From Macrostomum lignano (taxonomy: Eukaryota): a DNA stretch of 64,000 bases. Shown here piece by piece: positions 14,167 through 28,301 of this stretch (position 1 is the first letter of the stretch; each line of letters opens with the position of its first letter). The position numbers and the translations under genes were made by a program. Below the pieces are notes generated by a model. It saw nothing but the letters and a program-made list of their open reading frames with translations. It made no database searches and was not told where the DNA came from. The DNA is taken from assembly GCA_002269645.1 (NCBI GenBank), contig NIVC01003097.1, forward strand, positions 1-64,000, in the 5' to 3' direction.

Positions 14167-15693
14167 ATGCTGACTCGGACTTGTCATTCGCCTTGGCCTG
14201 GGGGGTCCAGCCGGACCTGCCGTTCGTCGTCAATCGTGTCAGCGGCGAGTTGGCACTGTCCCGGCTGCTGACCGGCAGCGACTCGGAGCTGTACGACTTC
14301 GCGGTTGTCGTCTCGGATGGTAGCAATTCTGTCGAATGTCACGTTCGGGTTCGAGTGACGTCTCCAGCGGCTGCCGATTCGGCATCGGCTTTGAACAACA
14401 GCAGCGGCGAAGTGACAGTGACGGAGAACTCGCGGGCCGCTGTCGGCGTCCCGTTCTACACCGCGCCCTGCCCCTGGTCCGATCCGAGCGTGCGCTTCGA
14501 GCTGCTGGCGCCGTCGGCCTCACCTCTGTGGGCGGTCGACGCTGTTACCGGCGCAGTTGCGACCCGGCAACCGCTGGACCGGGAGACAGCGGAGCTGCAC
14601 CGACTGCGGATCGCCTGTCAAACATCGTCGGGCGCGTTGTTCGAGCACCGCCTGCTGGTTCGCGTGGCCGACGAAAACGACAATTCGCCCGAGTTCAGCG
14701 CCGTCGAGATGGCCGTCACAGTCGGGCGAAGCGTCGCCGTAAACTCCGTGGTGGCCGCGGCGACGGCGACGGACTCCGATTCCGGAGCGAACGCCGCGCT
14801 GCGCTACTTCCTGTTGGACGACCCTCGACGCCAGTTCTGGGCGGACGCCGACACCGGAAAAGTGCGGCTGCGCCGGCCATTGGCAGGGCGACCCCGGCAG
14901 CATCGGCTTCGCCTGCTGGCGCTGGACAGCGGCCGACCGACTCGCTCGGCGTCCATCGTCATCCTAGTCGACGTCCGGCGCGAGGCTGGCGACGCCTGCG
15001 CGCCGCAGTTTCCGCGTGGCCGGCGGCCTCTGGTATTCAGCGTGGCGGAGGCCCTGCCGGCTGCCCGTCTGCCAGCCTACGTTGGCGCCGTCCGCGCCAC
15101 CGACTGCGACACTGACGAGGGCATCATCTACCAGATCCTGGACGACAGTGCACCGTTTCATGTGCTGAAGGACACCGGGGAAATCCGAGCGATAGCGCCA
15201 ATTGACCGCGAGTCTCACCCGGAACCCTTCGTGTTCGTCGTGCAGGCCTATGACGGCTCTACGCCTCGCAAGAGCGGCAGCGCCACCGTCACAGTCAACG
15301 TTGTGGACGCTAATGACAATCCACCAGCTTGCGCCTGGCGTCGATGGCAGTTCGACATTTCCGAGGCCGCGCCGCTAAACACCACCGTCGGCTGGGTGGC
15401 CGCCAGCGACTCCGACTCGGGCGCCAACGCCATGGTGAGCTTTGCTCTTGTCGGCAACCACTCCGACGGTCCATTTGGCATCGGGGCTTCAGACGGGCGG
15501 CTCTGGCTGCGTCGGAGTCTCGACCGCGAGTCTCAGGACCGCTATGAGCTCCGGGTGCGGCTGACCGACTCCGGCCCGCAGTCGCTGACCTCCGAGTGCA
15601 GTGTCCTGATTAGCGTCCTGGACGTCAACGACAATGACCCGGTGCCAGCCGCGGCCACCTTCGAGTTCGACGTGCGGGTCAACGAGGCTGTTG
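14167..15693 (+). CDS. fat4: Fat4-like cadherin, exon C (about 5 cadherin repeats)
   Basis: Acceptor cacctgcag|AT and donor GTTG|gtgagt, phase 1-1. Repeated LDRE/IDRE, DENDNSP, DANDNPP and DVNDNDP motifs. Confidence 0.93.
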
Positions 15694-18119
15694 GTGAGTT
15701 TCTTGGAAAGTTCAGTATAATTTAAAACGCAGCCATTGAAGAGTGACGGCTGCCTGTCGGCGGAGAGCTGAGAATCGGTTTTCCGTTTCGTGTATCGACT
15801 CCACCGGATTATTCACCCCGATTTCCTCTCACAACCAGAGTAGGCAGCTGTCAGTCTCAGCTGCATCAGCCCTCAGATTCCTCTCTGGTACTCAATTCGC
15901 CAAATTTTCTTCCTATTCTCGTCAAGAAAAATTTGAGCACACTTTGAGTAGAGACCCTCTGAACGACGCCTCTTAAGTCTAAAAGATCCCAACGATAGAC
16001 ATCCCCCCATCAACCTGATGGACTGCCGGTTTGACAGACGGGGAGATGAGGCTACGCGTGTGCAATGGGAGTTTAGCCGGCTGAGATTAGGGGATCTGAG
16101 CGTCTCTGCTCGGGACTGATAAAGTGCCTCTCTTAGGCCTCAAGCAAGCAAGACGTGTAGTGTATAATGAAGTGCGCTCTGGGGAAGGTCAAAGCGGGAC
16201 ACTCACTGGCTGTTCGGTGCAACTGCGCTTCCCATGAATTTGGTGGCTGTTAAGTCGGGAACTGGCCACTTCAATTCACTTGAGGAAACGCTAGAAATCC
16301 TCCATTGTCTGCCTGCACTGTACTGCTTAATCCTATTGTCTCATCCCCACTTGCCGCTTTCACTTCCTTGTTAGCTCCGGGCATTGTTTAGGAAATTTTT
16401 TATGCAAAGCCAGCCAGACAGACAAGGCTGAAGACTCAGAAGCAGACTGGCTAAAGTGGCGCTGCATCAAGTCTTTCCTCAGTGCAAAATTTCTTTGCTC
16501 TAGCGACATCAGACTCACTCAGCTTCCTTCCCATCGTCCCTATAGCTACTGAAAGGAAAAACTGCATAGCGCTATTGTCTCTTCATCGATTTCTCATCCG
16601 CTCAATCCTCGTGCAACCTTGAGCGAGTAACTTACAGTCTTCCTGCGATCCCATTGAGACTACTGAAATTCCATGCATCCACCCCTTCTTCAAATGGACG
16701 GCACTTCCGGTTTAACGGGTGTCCAGCTCTTGTACAAGTGTTCAATGCAATGAGGCTGCGCTAAAATGAGTGGAATTATATACAAGCTACATAGTGCTCA
16801 GGGGGGGGCTTGTGCCCGCGCAGGCCGTCTAGCTTGATCCTGACAGACAGAACCTGCACGCCACGGGCCACTCAGACACAGATGTCGGAATCAAGTTGGT
16901 AAAAAATGGGGAGAGCGAGCCTCTGCAGATTTTTTCTTACTCAACTTCCCCGCCGCATGTCGGCAACTTTTTCTCTGATCTTCCCTAAATCCGACCCGGA
17001 ACCGAGATCCCCACTTAATTTGGGGAGGAGTAGGAGGAATTAAAAATGCAGCGAGGTGTGAGGAGAACGAGATCCCTTGTGAAACACAATAGCGGCCCAC
17101 TCTTCACACCCGGAAACCGGCCATGCGGTCTGACTGAGTCAATCTCATTCGCGAATCTGCTCAATTCAGCCTGGGGCTGAGTAACTAACGCCTTGCTTGA
17201 GTCTATAAATTTATTACTTTGACAGAATTACTATTAGCGGGAAGAATCTGGGACAGGGCAGCATGCATGGCAGCGACTGACTGCTATTGCCGAGCCGAGC
17301 TCAATTGCTTGGCCTAGAAAATTAATCGACTAAAAATACTTCCAACGACGCAAGTCATGCCTCTCGGGTCCAGGCGCCTAGCACTCCTCCCCTTCTCACC
17401 GCCTCCACCCACCCTGTTGTCTCAGTTGTGCAAACAGACAAAATTTTGGACACGCGGCGAGACACCTACAAGCCTGTAGACTCAGACAAGTGGAGAGATA
17501 GGAACTGCTCAGGGGTTGCTTTGCATCGAAAGTCACACGCAGATTAGCCGAGTGTCATTGGCAAACAGCAGCCTGTGAAATCTGCCTGTATTATTTGATA
17601 CCATCTATGGTTTCTGGTAGCTAGCTGGAAACCGCAGGGTCTCAAAACGCGTTGAATTTCTCTGAAAACTCTCTTGGCGTCTCCGTCTCTCGCTCTCTTT
17701 CTTTCTCTCGCCTTTACTGCCAGATATCAATTTTCACAGCTTTGCATCTCGCCTAGCGTGTAGGCGGTGTGCGCGTGTGCGTGCTTAACTTTGTTTGTTA
17801 GGCTTAAAATTGAGTGCGCAGTTGATTCCCCGGCTTTTGGGGAGAAGAGCGGTTCATGAAGGCCCAGTCTCTGGAATGTGAAGGATTTTCTTGCTCTGGT
17901 TTTCTGCCTTCGCTTCCTCTTTAACTTAACTCCCATCGCCTTAGAATCGAATGGATAGTCGGAAATGAATTTGTCTTTATATGAATCTACACGAACTACT
18001 GGTAATGATGAAGCAAAACCAAAATCCCTGTAAACTCTTGTCACTTAGACACTACTGTAAGTAAAATTCGGAGACTTTTTAGTTATAATAATACAGATAG
18101 CATTAGCGCGAGTAAATAG

Positions 18120-18153
<34 letters not shown>

Positions 18154-18177
18154 TACGTTGATACCATCCCACCGCAG

Positions 18178-20135
18178 GTGCACTGCTGGGTGGCATCTTC
18201 GCCTGGGACCCGGATGCCGGTCGCAACGGCAGTGTCACCTACTCGGTGCTGCCAGGCACTGCGGGCGACTCAACCGGCTCTTCCTACATCCGGCTGAACG
18301 ACTCTGAGACCAGCAGCGGCTTCGTCTACCTAAAACGCTCGCTCACTGGCTGGCAACCCGGCCAGACGATCAGCGCCGCGGTGGTCGCCACAGACGGCGG
18401 CGGTCGGCGTGCCCAGATGGCGGTGAAGCTGCGCCTTATCCCGGCGCCAGATCCGACCAGCGCGCAGCAGATGCGCTTCACTACCGAGCCGCGCGCCTCT
18501 CTGTTTGCCAGCGAGCTGGCACCACCTGGCACGGTTCTGACCCGTCTACCTTCCGCGACGCTTCCGAAGGCGGCCTACAGCATCCTGGCGCTGTCCGTCG
18601 CTAGACGACGCTCGACGCCGACATTTTGGCATTCCGGCGGCTTTTATCAAGCGCCGGTGACAATCCGACGAGACACTGGCGAGCTGATTGTCGGGCCGGG
18701 CGGGCTTAGGGATGTCGGCGAAGAAGTTCATCTGGCATTGCGAGCCGCTACAGCTGACAGTCTGTGGGCCACCGCGCTGCTCACCGTGCGCGTCATGGCC
18801 GACTCCCGCGAGGCCGCGACTCCTGTCCGGTCAGTATTCGAATTCTCTGTGCCCGAGAACCGGTCGCCGGGCATCTTCGTCGGACAGGTGGCGCTTAACA
18901 CCGGGATACGTGAGCGTCTACTGCCTCGTTTTGCTATCACTGGCGGGCCGTTCACCGTGGACTCGACCGGCAGAATCACAACGACAGAGTGGCTCGACAG
19001 GGAGTCGCGGGATGCCTATGAGCTTAACTGTACGGTTGGCGACGGCGGAATCCAGGTGTCTGTCCGCGTTGCAGTGTTGGACGACAATGACAGACAGCCG
19101 ACTGGCAGCAGCGCCTACTTCAAAGGCGCCGTGCCGGAGAACAGCCCGGTAGGAACGCGCGTACTCCGCATCACCGCCGTGGACGCTGACACGCCGCCGA
19201 ACGCACGTCTGGCCTTCTCGCTGACCAGCAACCCGGGCGGTCGGTTCTCAATCGACTCCGCCTCAGGCTGGGTGACGGTGGCCGGCTCGCTAGATCGCGA
19301 GTCAACCGCGCTGTACAAGCTCGGGTTCTCAGTGTCCGACGGAAAGTTCAGCTACGACTCGGAGGCGGAGGTGACGGTCACGGACGAGAACGACTGCGCG
19401 CCGGAGTTTCCAGCAGGCGGCTTCAACCTCAGCGCCCTGCCTGGCCGGCCGGGTGGCTATGAAACCGTGGGCTCGGTGGCCGCAACTGACGCCGACCAGC
19501 CTGGCTCGGACAATGCCCGCCTGGCCTACAGCTTGTCCGGCCCCGGCTCCGGCCGATTCTCCGTCGACGCTCTCGGGAATCTGGTCGCTCATGGCCAGCT
19601 GCCACTGGGCGCCGAGTTCCGTCTCCGGGTGCTGGCGCGCGACAACGGACGCCTGATGGCGCGGTCGGCTTCGGCGCCACTTTGGCTGCGGGTTCTCAAT
19701 GCAGCGCCGCCGATGATGTCGAGCGCCAGGCTGGACGCGCCGGTGCTGGCTGGACTGGGGCCCGGACAGCCAGTGGTGCAGGTGCGCGCCAGCTACTCAA
19801 ACGACGGGCCGCTCCGATTTCGAATCGTCAGCGGCAACGCCAGCGAGCACTTTGCGTTGGACACCTCGACTGGCTGGCTGACGACGCGTCACGCGCTGTC
19901 GAGCCTCCGGCCGGGTGACGTGTACGCCGCCGTGGTCGATGCCGTGTCGGCCGAGCATCCGCAGCTGGTGTCGCCGACTCCGACAGCTGTTCAGCTAAGC
20001 GTAACCGGCGAGAACCGGTTCAGCCCAGCAATCGCGCCGGACGCCTACCAGGCGACGGTGGCCGAAGACGCCGCCAGCGGCCATCAATTATTCCGGATTG
20101 ATGTCACTGACCGAGACAGCGGGATCAATGGGGAG
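18178..20135 (+). CDS. fat4: Fat4-like cadherin, exon D (about 6 cadherin repeats)
   Basis: Acceptor cccaccgcag|GT and donor GAG|gttagt, phase 1-0. Motifs AWDPDAGRNG, LDRE, DDNDRQP and DENDCAP. Confidence 0.93.
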
Positions 20136-20277
20136 GTTAGTATGAGCAGCTTAATTGTCGGGTCAGTCTATGTAGTGCTAAAAATGGAAAATTCTAATAT
20201 ATAGTCCTTATAGTCTAATTTCTCTAGAAGAATCGTCCGAATTCAAACAAAAAATTTGTCTTCTCCAACCGCTTCAG

Positions 20278-23200
20278 GTCGACCTGTCAATCATCGACGT
20301 CAAGCCTCCCGTAGAGCTCGAGCTTGTCCGAGAGCGGCGCCAGGTGGGTCGGTGGTCTCTGCGCCTGCGGTCTTGCTTGGACTTCGAGTCGGCTCGCTCG
20401 CACGCGATTCGAATCCGGTCGATGGATCGGGGCTTCGCCAGACGCTCGGCGGAGGCCAGCCTCACACTGCTGGTTGCCGATGTCGACGACAATCCTCCAA
20501 GCTTCCGCGAGGCATGGCAGTCGGCAAGCATTGTCGAATCCGCGCTGCCGGGCACCAAGGTGGCAAGAGTGGCTGCTGAAGACGCGGATTTGACGCCTTT
20601 CAATCGAATCGTCTACAGCATGCGGCCTGCAGATGCGGCCAGTGACAATCTGTTCAGCATTGAAGCCGAGACCGGTCTAGTTTTGACGACTGGCCGTCTG
20701 GACTTTGAGAAATCGTCACATCATCTGCTGATTGTCACCGCGAAGAGTCCAGGCACCGAGGCGCATTCTTCGGTCGCCCGCCTGCTAGTTCGAGTGCGCA
20801 GCGTGAACGAGTTCAGGCCGGTGCCCAGCTGTCCAGTCGCTGGTGAGCCGCTGCGCTTTCGTCTGAGTCCGCAGGACCCGCCTGGACGTCGGCTGGGTGG
20901 CGTGACCGCCACCGATGAGGACGCCGGACGGCACGGAGTTGTCCAGTTCAGCATTCTCAGCGCCAAGCCGCCGGCAGTGGCCGCTCTGATCTCGGTGAAC
21001 GCCAGCAGCGGCGAGCTGTTTCTCTCGCCCGACAGCAAGCAACCAACTGGTGAAGTTCGATCTCGGGCGCAACTCCTGCTAGAAGTGTCGAACCCCGGAA
21101 TTTACAACGAATCCCTAACTGCTCGATGCCTTGTTCAGTTTGACATTGACGACGGCAACGACTCGCCGAAATTCAGCAGCTCAACTTACGCCGCCAGAGT
21201 ATCCGAAGCAGCACCAGTTGGCACGCGTGTCATTGCAGTGTCTGCCTCGGATGACGACCTGGAAGAAGCGGACCGGTCCTTCCGCTTCGCTTTGGCCTCG
21301 CCGGCCAATGCCTCCATAGCGACCCTGCCGTTCACAGTAGACCCGAGCAGCGGGCAGGTTACTGTTTTGGGACCGCTTGACCGCGAGACCACGCCAGTCT
21401 ACAGGCTGACAGTCCTGGCTATTGACGGTGGCAGACCACCGCTGACCGCCTCCAGCATTTTGATTGTCCACGTGACGGACGTAAACGATTCCGGACCGCG
21501 ATTCGCTCCGCCAGTGCCGTCGCTGTCGGTGCAGGAGGGCCTCGGACCCGGGGCGCTGGTTGGCCGGCTGGCGAGCTTTACGGTAGATCCGGACGGCCTC
21601 GGGCACGGAGCGCCGTTCACTTTTGCGGAGCTGCGCGACAAACGATTTTCGGTCACTTCGGACGGCCGCGTGTTGACGCGGGCGACGCTCGACCGGGAGA
21701 GCCTGCAACGCGTCCGACTCACCGTTCGTGTCACCGACTCGGGCGGGCTCGCATCGAAGCTCGCTTTTATCGTGACAGTCGACGATGTGAACGACAATCC
21801 CAGCTCCTCGCGGCCGCTGACCGTTCTGGCCTGGCTGCCAGCTACTTCGGCACCGGGGGCAGCAGCGCCTCCAGGCACGCCTTCGGTTGTTGGGCAGCTC
21901 GCGCGCGTCATTCCAGACGATCTGGACACTACCGGAGCTTACCAGTGCGCGGCTCTGAAGTCCCCACCAGGCCTAGTGATCACCGAATCGTGCGGTCTTT
22001 TTCTGGTGGGTCGATCAGCGCTCGACAAACTCGAAGACGCGTCTGGTGGCGGCTCCGGCAGCAGCGGCGGTGAAAAGAGTCTGGCGCTCAGCCTGCGCCA
22101 GCACGACGGCCGTCACGCCGCAGTCGTGTCGGAGGTCACCGTCGGCATCCAGACGGTGGAGCCGGAAGCCCTGTCCGCTAGCATTGTTCTCGCATTTGGA
22201 TTAGTGACGTCGGATCTCGCCGAGGTTGAAGAGGACGACCGGCAGCGCCTAGTGTCGAAGTGGCCGCAGCTGTCGCGGCTGCTGCTGGAGACCTCATTAG
22301 CCAGTCGGGTTGTTTTGGTGTCGCTTCGCGACGACAACAGCCTCTTGGAGATGCGTTTGGCACTACGGGCTGCCAGCGGCTTTTTGGACCGATCAGCGGC
22401 GATGCGGGCTGTAGGTGCAGCTCGACAGTCGGTGGAATCCATCACCGGCTTGCGGTTGAAGGCTGTAGCAGAGCGTTTCTGCCTGGAGTACCCCTGTCCA
22501 GTCACCGAGCCCGCGCACTGCCGCTACGAAGCCGTCATTCGGCCAGAACTCGGCGTGCACTCCTGGTCATCCAAGTCTCTGACTTTGACCGCTCCGACAG
22601 TCGAGGACGTCGAGCGTTGCCGCTGTCCTCCTGGCTTTGCCGGGCCGGCCTGCAGTCTGGACACGCGCGGCTGCAGCGCTGACCGTTGCGCCAACGGAGG
22701 TCTGTGCCACCGAGACCCGACCATGTTCGGCGGCTTCCGCTGCCTTTGCCCACCCCAGTACGCCGGCAGCCGCTGCCAGTTCGACGCCCAGGAGTGCCGC
22801 AGCAACCCGTGTGCTAACGGAGCCACCTGCGAGGAGCTCCGTTGCGCCTGTCCGCCAGGCTGGGCAGGCCGGCTCTGCGACACGCCGGCCAACCTGTGCG
22901 AGTCCGGAGCCGGCGCCGCCGCCTGCCTCAACTCTGGCGTCTGTGTGCCACTGTTCAACGCATTCCGATGCCTCTGCCCGGTGGGATTCTACGGTTCCCG
23001 CTGCCAAACTGCCGCCTGGGGCTTTCCAGAGGGCGCCTACGCGGTCTACAGCCCGCGGCGAGCTTCAGAGTTCAGTCTGACGATGGAGGTCACCGGGGGT
23101 CTGATTGGCGAGTCGCTGCTTCTACTGCAGACACTCTCAACTGGTAGCCAGTACAGCCTGACTTCGAGCCCAGCTGGTATCTCGCTTCGCCTCGTGGACC

Positions 23201-24951
23201 CACTTCAGCAGCATCCGCAGTCGCAGTCTGCGCCGGTGTCTGCAGCATCCAGCTGGGTCCGCGTCAACCTGACCAGATCGGGCCGTGCAGTCTTCGCCCG
23301 TGTGGCGTCGTGCGACTCCGCAACTGGCGACTGTCCCGACCAAGAGGCCGACTGCCAGCTGCCCTCCTGTCGCCAGCTGTCGCTTCGTCTGGGACCGGAA
23401 GCTGCGAACGAAGGGGGAGCTGTTTACTTAGGCGGCATGCCGTCAGCCGGGGATGGCGGCGGAGGCTCCGGACGTCCGTCGCTGCCTAATCTTCGTGGAT
23501 TCGTCGGCTGCCTGCGTCGATTCGCGCCTGGCAGCAGCGGCTTTCCTGGTTCGGACGCCACTCCGCTGGTGCTCAGCGGCGTCACGCGGGACTCCTGCCC
23601 CGCCGAGGACGCCGCCCTGCCGCCGCCCCGGCGTCTGCTCCGGCGTCGGCGTTTGTGTCGACGAGTGGACTGAGGCCCGCTGTGAGTGCCCCGCCGGGAC
23701 GCACCCACCCGACTGCTCACGGAAGCCGCCGTCTGTCGGGCTGGGACCGGGTGGTCACGTGACCTTCACCCCCAGACCCCGACAGCTCGACCAGCGGAGA
23801 CGCCGAAGGGAACTGGACGGACAGTCGAGCATTTCGCTGAAGTTCAAAGCGTCCAGCCTGCACGAGGACCAGCTTTTGATGTACAGCCGGACATCGAGGA
23901 CTGCGTTCACTCTACTGCTGCTGTCGGCCGGCACCGGAGCTCCGAGGCTCATTAGCGTTAACGGGCCGAGCAAGGCGGACCTGGCGTACAAGACGCAGCT
24001 GACGCCCGGTCGTCCGTACTCTTTGTCAGTCAGCCGGCGACCGGACGGTCGGCTCAGCTTGAGCTTGGATGACAACAAGAGGTACTTTAGCGACAGCGAC
24101 AGCGGCGGCAACAGCCACGACTTTCTGGGCGACGATGTAAAATCGTTAACCCTGGCGGCGGCCGACGTCAGCCTCGACAGTCGACGGCTCGCCAGCTTCG
24201 TTGGCTGCCTGGCTGAGCTCCACTTGAACGGCCTGCCGGCGCCGCTGGCTGCCGGCCTCACCGAGCGATTCCGCGTGACTGTTGGCGGCTCGGTGAGCAG
24301 CGGCTGCCGCCCAGACGCCTGCCTGTTCACGAACTGCCAGAGAGGCTTCGCCTGTACCGAAGCGCCGCTCAGCTGGGGCAGCACCGTCTGTGCCCGGGCC
24401 GACGGCTTGACCGAGGATCAACTGCGGCTGGCCATCGCTGTGCCCGGAGCTCTTGGTCTAGCGCTACTGCTGCTGCTGGCGCTCGCCTGCTGCCTTCTGC
24501 TGCGACGCCGCCGACGCCGACGCTACAAGAAGAAGACTGGCGGAGCCATGAGTGCAGGCGCCAAATCCGGCGCCGGCGCCATCTACTCAACGCCGCAGAG
24601 TCGCGACGCCGTCGGCGGTCTGAAATCCGGCAGCACAAAGAGCAACCAAGATAGCGGCTTCTGCGAGGAGGCGCTGATCAGGCGGCACATTCAGAACGAA
24701 CTCGCCGCCGTGCGTGCCGCTAAGCAGTTGCTAGGCAACAGCGCTGAGTCGCTAGAGGATCCGTACGAGCTCGGCCCGGCTGAGCATTACGACCTGGACA
24801 ACGCCTCCTCCATCGCCGGTTTGGACGCCGAGGCGGTACGGCACTACCGGGCCTACCGGAAGCCGCAGTCGATGCCGCGGCTGGCCGAGCAGCCCAGCCC
24901 GTCGAGGCTGTACGAGAGGTGCGGCAGCCTCAGCTCCGAGGAATACCACAG
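20278..24951 (+). CDS. fat4: Fat4-like cadherin, exon E: last cadherin repeats, EGF x4, LamG1, EGF, LamG2, EGF-like, TM helix and proximal cytoplasmic tail; one +1 frameshift at ~23617
   Basis: Acceptor gcttcag|GTC and donor CACAG|gtgagc (phase 2). ORFs 20344-23673 and 23453-24955 overlap and join across gccgccCtgc. TM LAIAVPGALGLALLLLLALACCLLL is followed by a poly-Arg stretch. EHYDLDNASSIA...HYRAYR matches the conserved Fat/Fat4 intracellular motif, and two LamG domains are typical of Fat4. Confidence 0.92.
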
Positions 24952-25014
24952 GTGAGCGCAGGGGTCTAACGGTGCCTTCTAGAGTGTGCACTCCTGTTTA
25001 AACATCCTGCGACC

Positions 25015-25142
25015 GCGATTCCCCCGTGAGGGCCAACCTCCAAGACACAGAGAGTGTACATGCCGGACGATTAGGAAGTCAAAGGGCCCTGTGTGTACAT
25101 CCTGTGTGAGCGTGTGCATGAGTGCGTGCCTGAATGCATGCG
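25015..25142 (+). mobile_element. Dispersed repeat family X, copy 2 (truncated)
   Basis: Shares ATGCCGGACGATTAGGAAGTCAAAGGGCCCTGTGTGTACA exactly with the reverse complement of the 33920-34185 copy. Confidence 0.7.
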
Positions 25143-25406
25143 AAAAAATGCACTATGAGATGGAGAATTTTTTATATCTTTAGCGACAGCATTCTATTTA
25201 TAGCAGATCTAATTGATCAACTACTTCTAATGAAAGCTATATAAGTAGTCTTTTCTAAGAAAGGCAGCTTTTTCCTTCTCAGATATTTTCGTAGAAACAA
25301 CATTTCCGACCTTCTACTGAAGTCGTCCTTGCTGGAAATGTCATTTAAAATTGAAAAAATTCAGCCTAAATAAGTTTTTTTGCATCCCACCGCCCGCATC
25401 CCACAG

Positions 25407-25857
25407 GCACAGGACTCTTGCCGGCGGTGCCACTGTCAGCAACTCGATGACCCAGCAGCAGCAGCCGCCGCCGCTGCCTGCCAACGCCCTCACGCTGGAC
25501 GACATCCGCCGGGCCTATCGACGAAACGTCGGCGGCCACGTTGCTGGTGACTCAGCCGGCTCGGCCGCGTCCTGGTACGAGACTCCGCCACCACCGCCGC
25601 CGCAGCAGCCGCCGCCGCCGCCGTCGGACGACGAGCTGCCGCCACCGCTGCCGCCGGGCCGCGGAGTCGTCGGCTTTGGCCTTGGCGAAGTGCCGCCGCC
25701 GCCGCCGCCACCGCCGAATCAGCCTCGACCGGGCTCGAGCCGGCAGCTGGACAGCCTCATCGGCTGGAGTCCGGCCAGCGAGTTCCACCGGCTGGCGCCC
25801 GTTTTCTCGGATCTTGGCCACCTGCCGCCCAGTAGGACTCAGGAGGACTTTGTCTGA
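25407..25857 (+). CDS. fat4: Fat4-like cadherin, terminal exon
   Basis: Phase-2 acceptor cccacag|G; a second in-phase acceptor lies 6 nt downstream (exon start 25413). LDSLIGWSPASEFHRLAPVFSDLGHLP resembles Fat4 WDNLLNWGPGFGHYVDVFKDLASLP. C-terminal EDFV* resembles Fat EEYV and FAT4 EQYV. Confidence 0.88.
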
Positions 25858-26766
25858 GTAAGGACTCACAGCTGGGCCAGATCCGATGGGTAGGAATTTT
25901 CGCATGGTTTTATTTATTCGGCTTGAATTCATGCGGACGAATGCACTGGCGAGATAGGAGAAATTCTAGGTTTCTTCTACTTCAGTTGTCCATGCTTGAA
26001 ATAGAATAGATGAGACAATATTCCACACTGTCTACTGGTAAGTAGAGCAAGGATGGAAGATTACTCGCGGATATTAAACCATGCAATATTCCAAACCCCG
26101 AGGTCATGAGCCAACACCATGCTGACTTACAATTGCATTTCGCTACTCTTTGCTATTTTAATCAGACCATATATTTATGATGTTTAGATTGCATTGAATT
26201 CTGCTCTGTTCAAGCGTTCGTGACCGCTAACCCTCAACTGTACATCAACTTCAATATGTGAAACTGCTCTTTGTACAATGTGCATGTATACAGGCAATGA
26301 AAACACAGTCCCGATACATTATTTTATAAACAGGCATTAGCTACTAATTGCTAAAACGCGTACCATACTACTGTACTAGATTGCCCCCACGCGTTCATTC
26401 ACTTTCTTTACCGCCTTTTTAATTGCTCCATTTTTCACAAATTGAACATACAGTGAATTGCTTCGACAATGCGAGCTAAACAACTGCCCCACGAATTCTT
26501 TCCCTTTCTATCAATAGTGTCGTGTTTTGCTTCTGGCACGCAGTGCTACCGTCTGCGCGGTCTGTCTGTGCCGCACATATAGCGAGAAAAAATTGGCGTT
26601 AGTCAGTCATGTTGCCTGCCATTCTTCGTGCGTCAGAAACTTCTTGAACTAACAACTGCTTTAGTAGGTTGAAAAATATATATGCAACTGTACAATGTCA
26701 ATAAGCCTCTGTCTACACATAGTCCCGCCGTTTTTGGGTACAAATCGACTTATGTCTACATTATTT

Positions 26767-28136
<1,370 letters not shown>

Positions 28137-28301
28137 TAAATATAAAGTGAAATGGTTCTTTCGATAAACATTACGAGTGCATCGCAGATCTTATTCAATC
28201 TTATAAGCCCAGCCTATAAGACAAGCAGAGCTCAGTGCCATAGAGATTCAGCTGGAACTTGTTACACCAGCGCAGATATTTGTAGTTAGCGATCTGGATT
28301 C

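Noticed and set aside
14011-24991. Numerous overlapping and antisense ORFs within the cadherin exons
   Set aside because: Expected shadows of GC-rich coding sequence; only one frame carries cadherin, EGF and LamG motifs.
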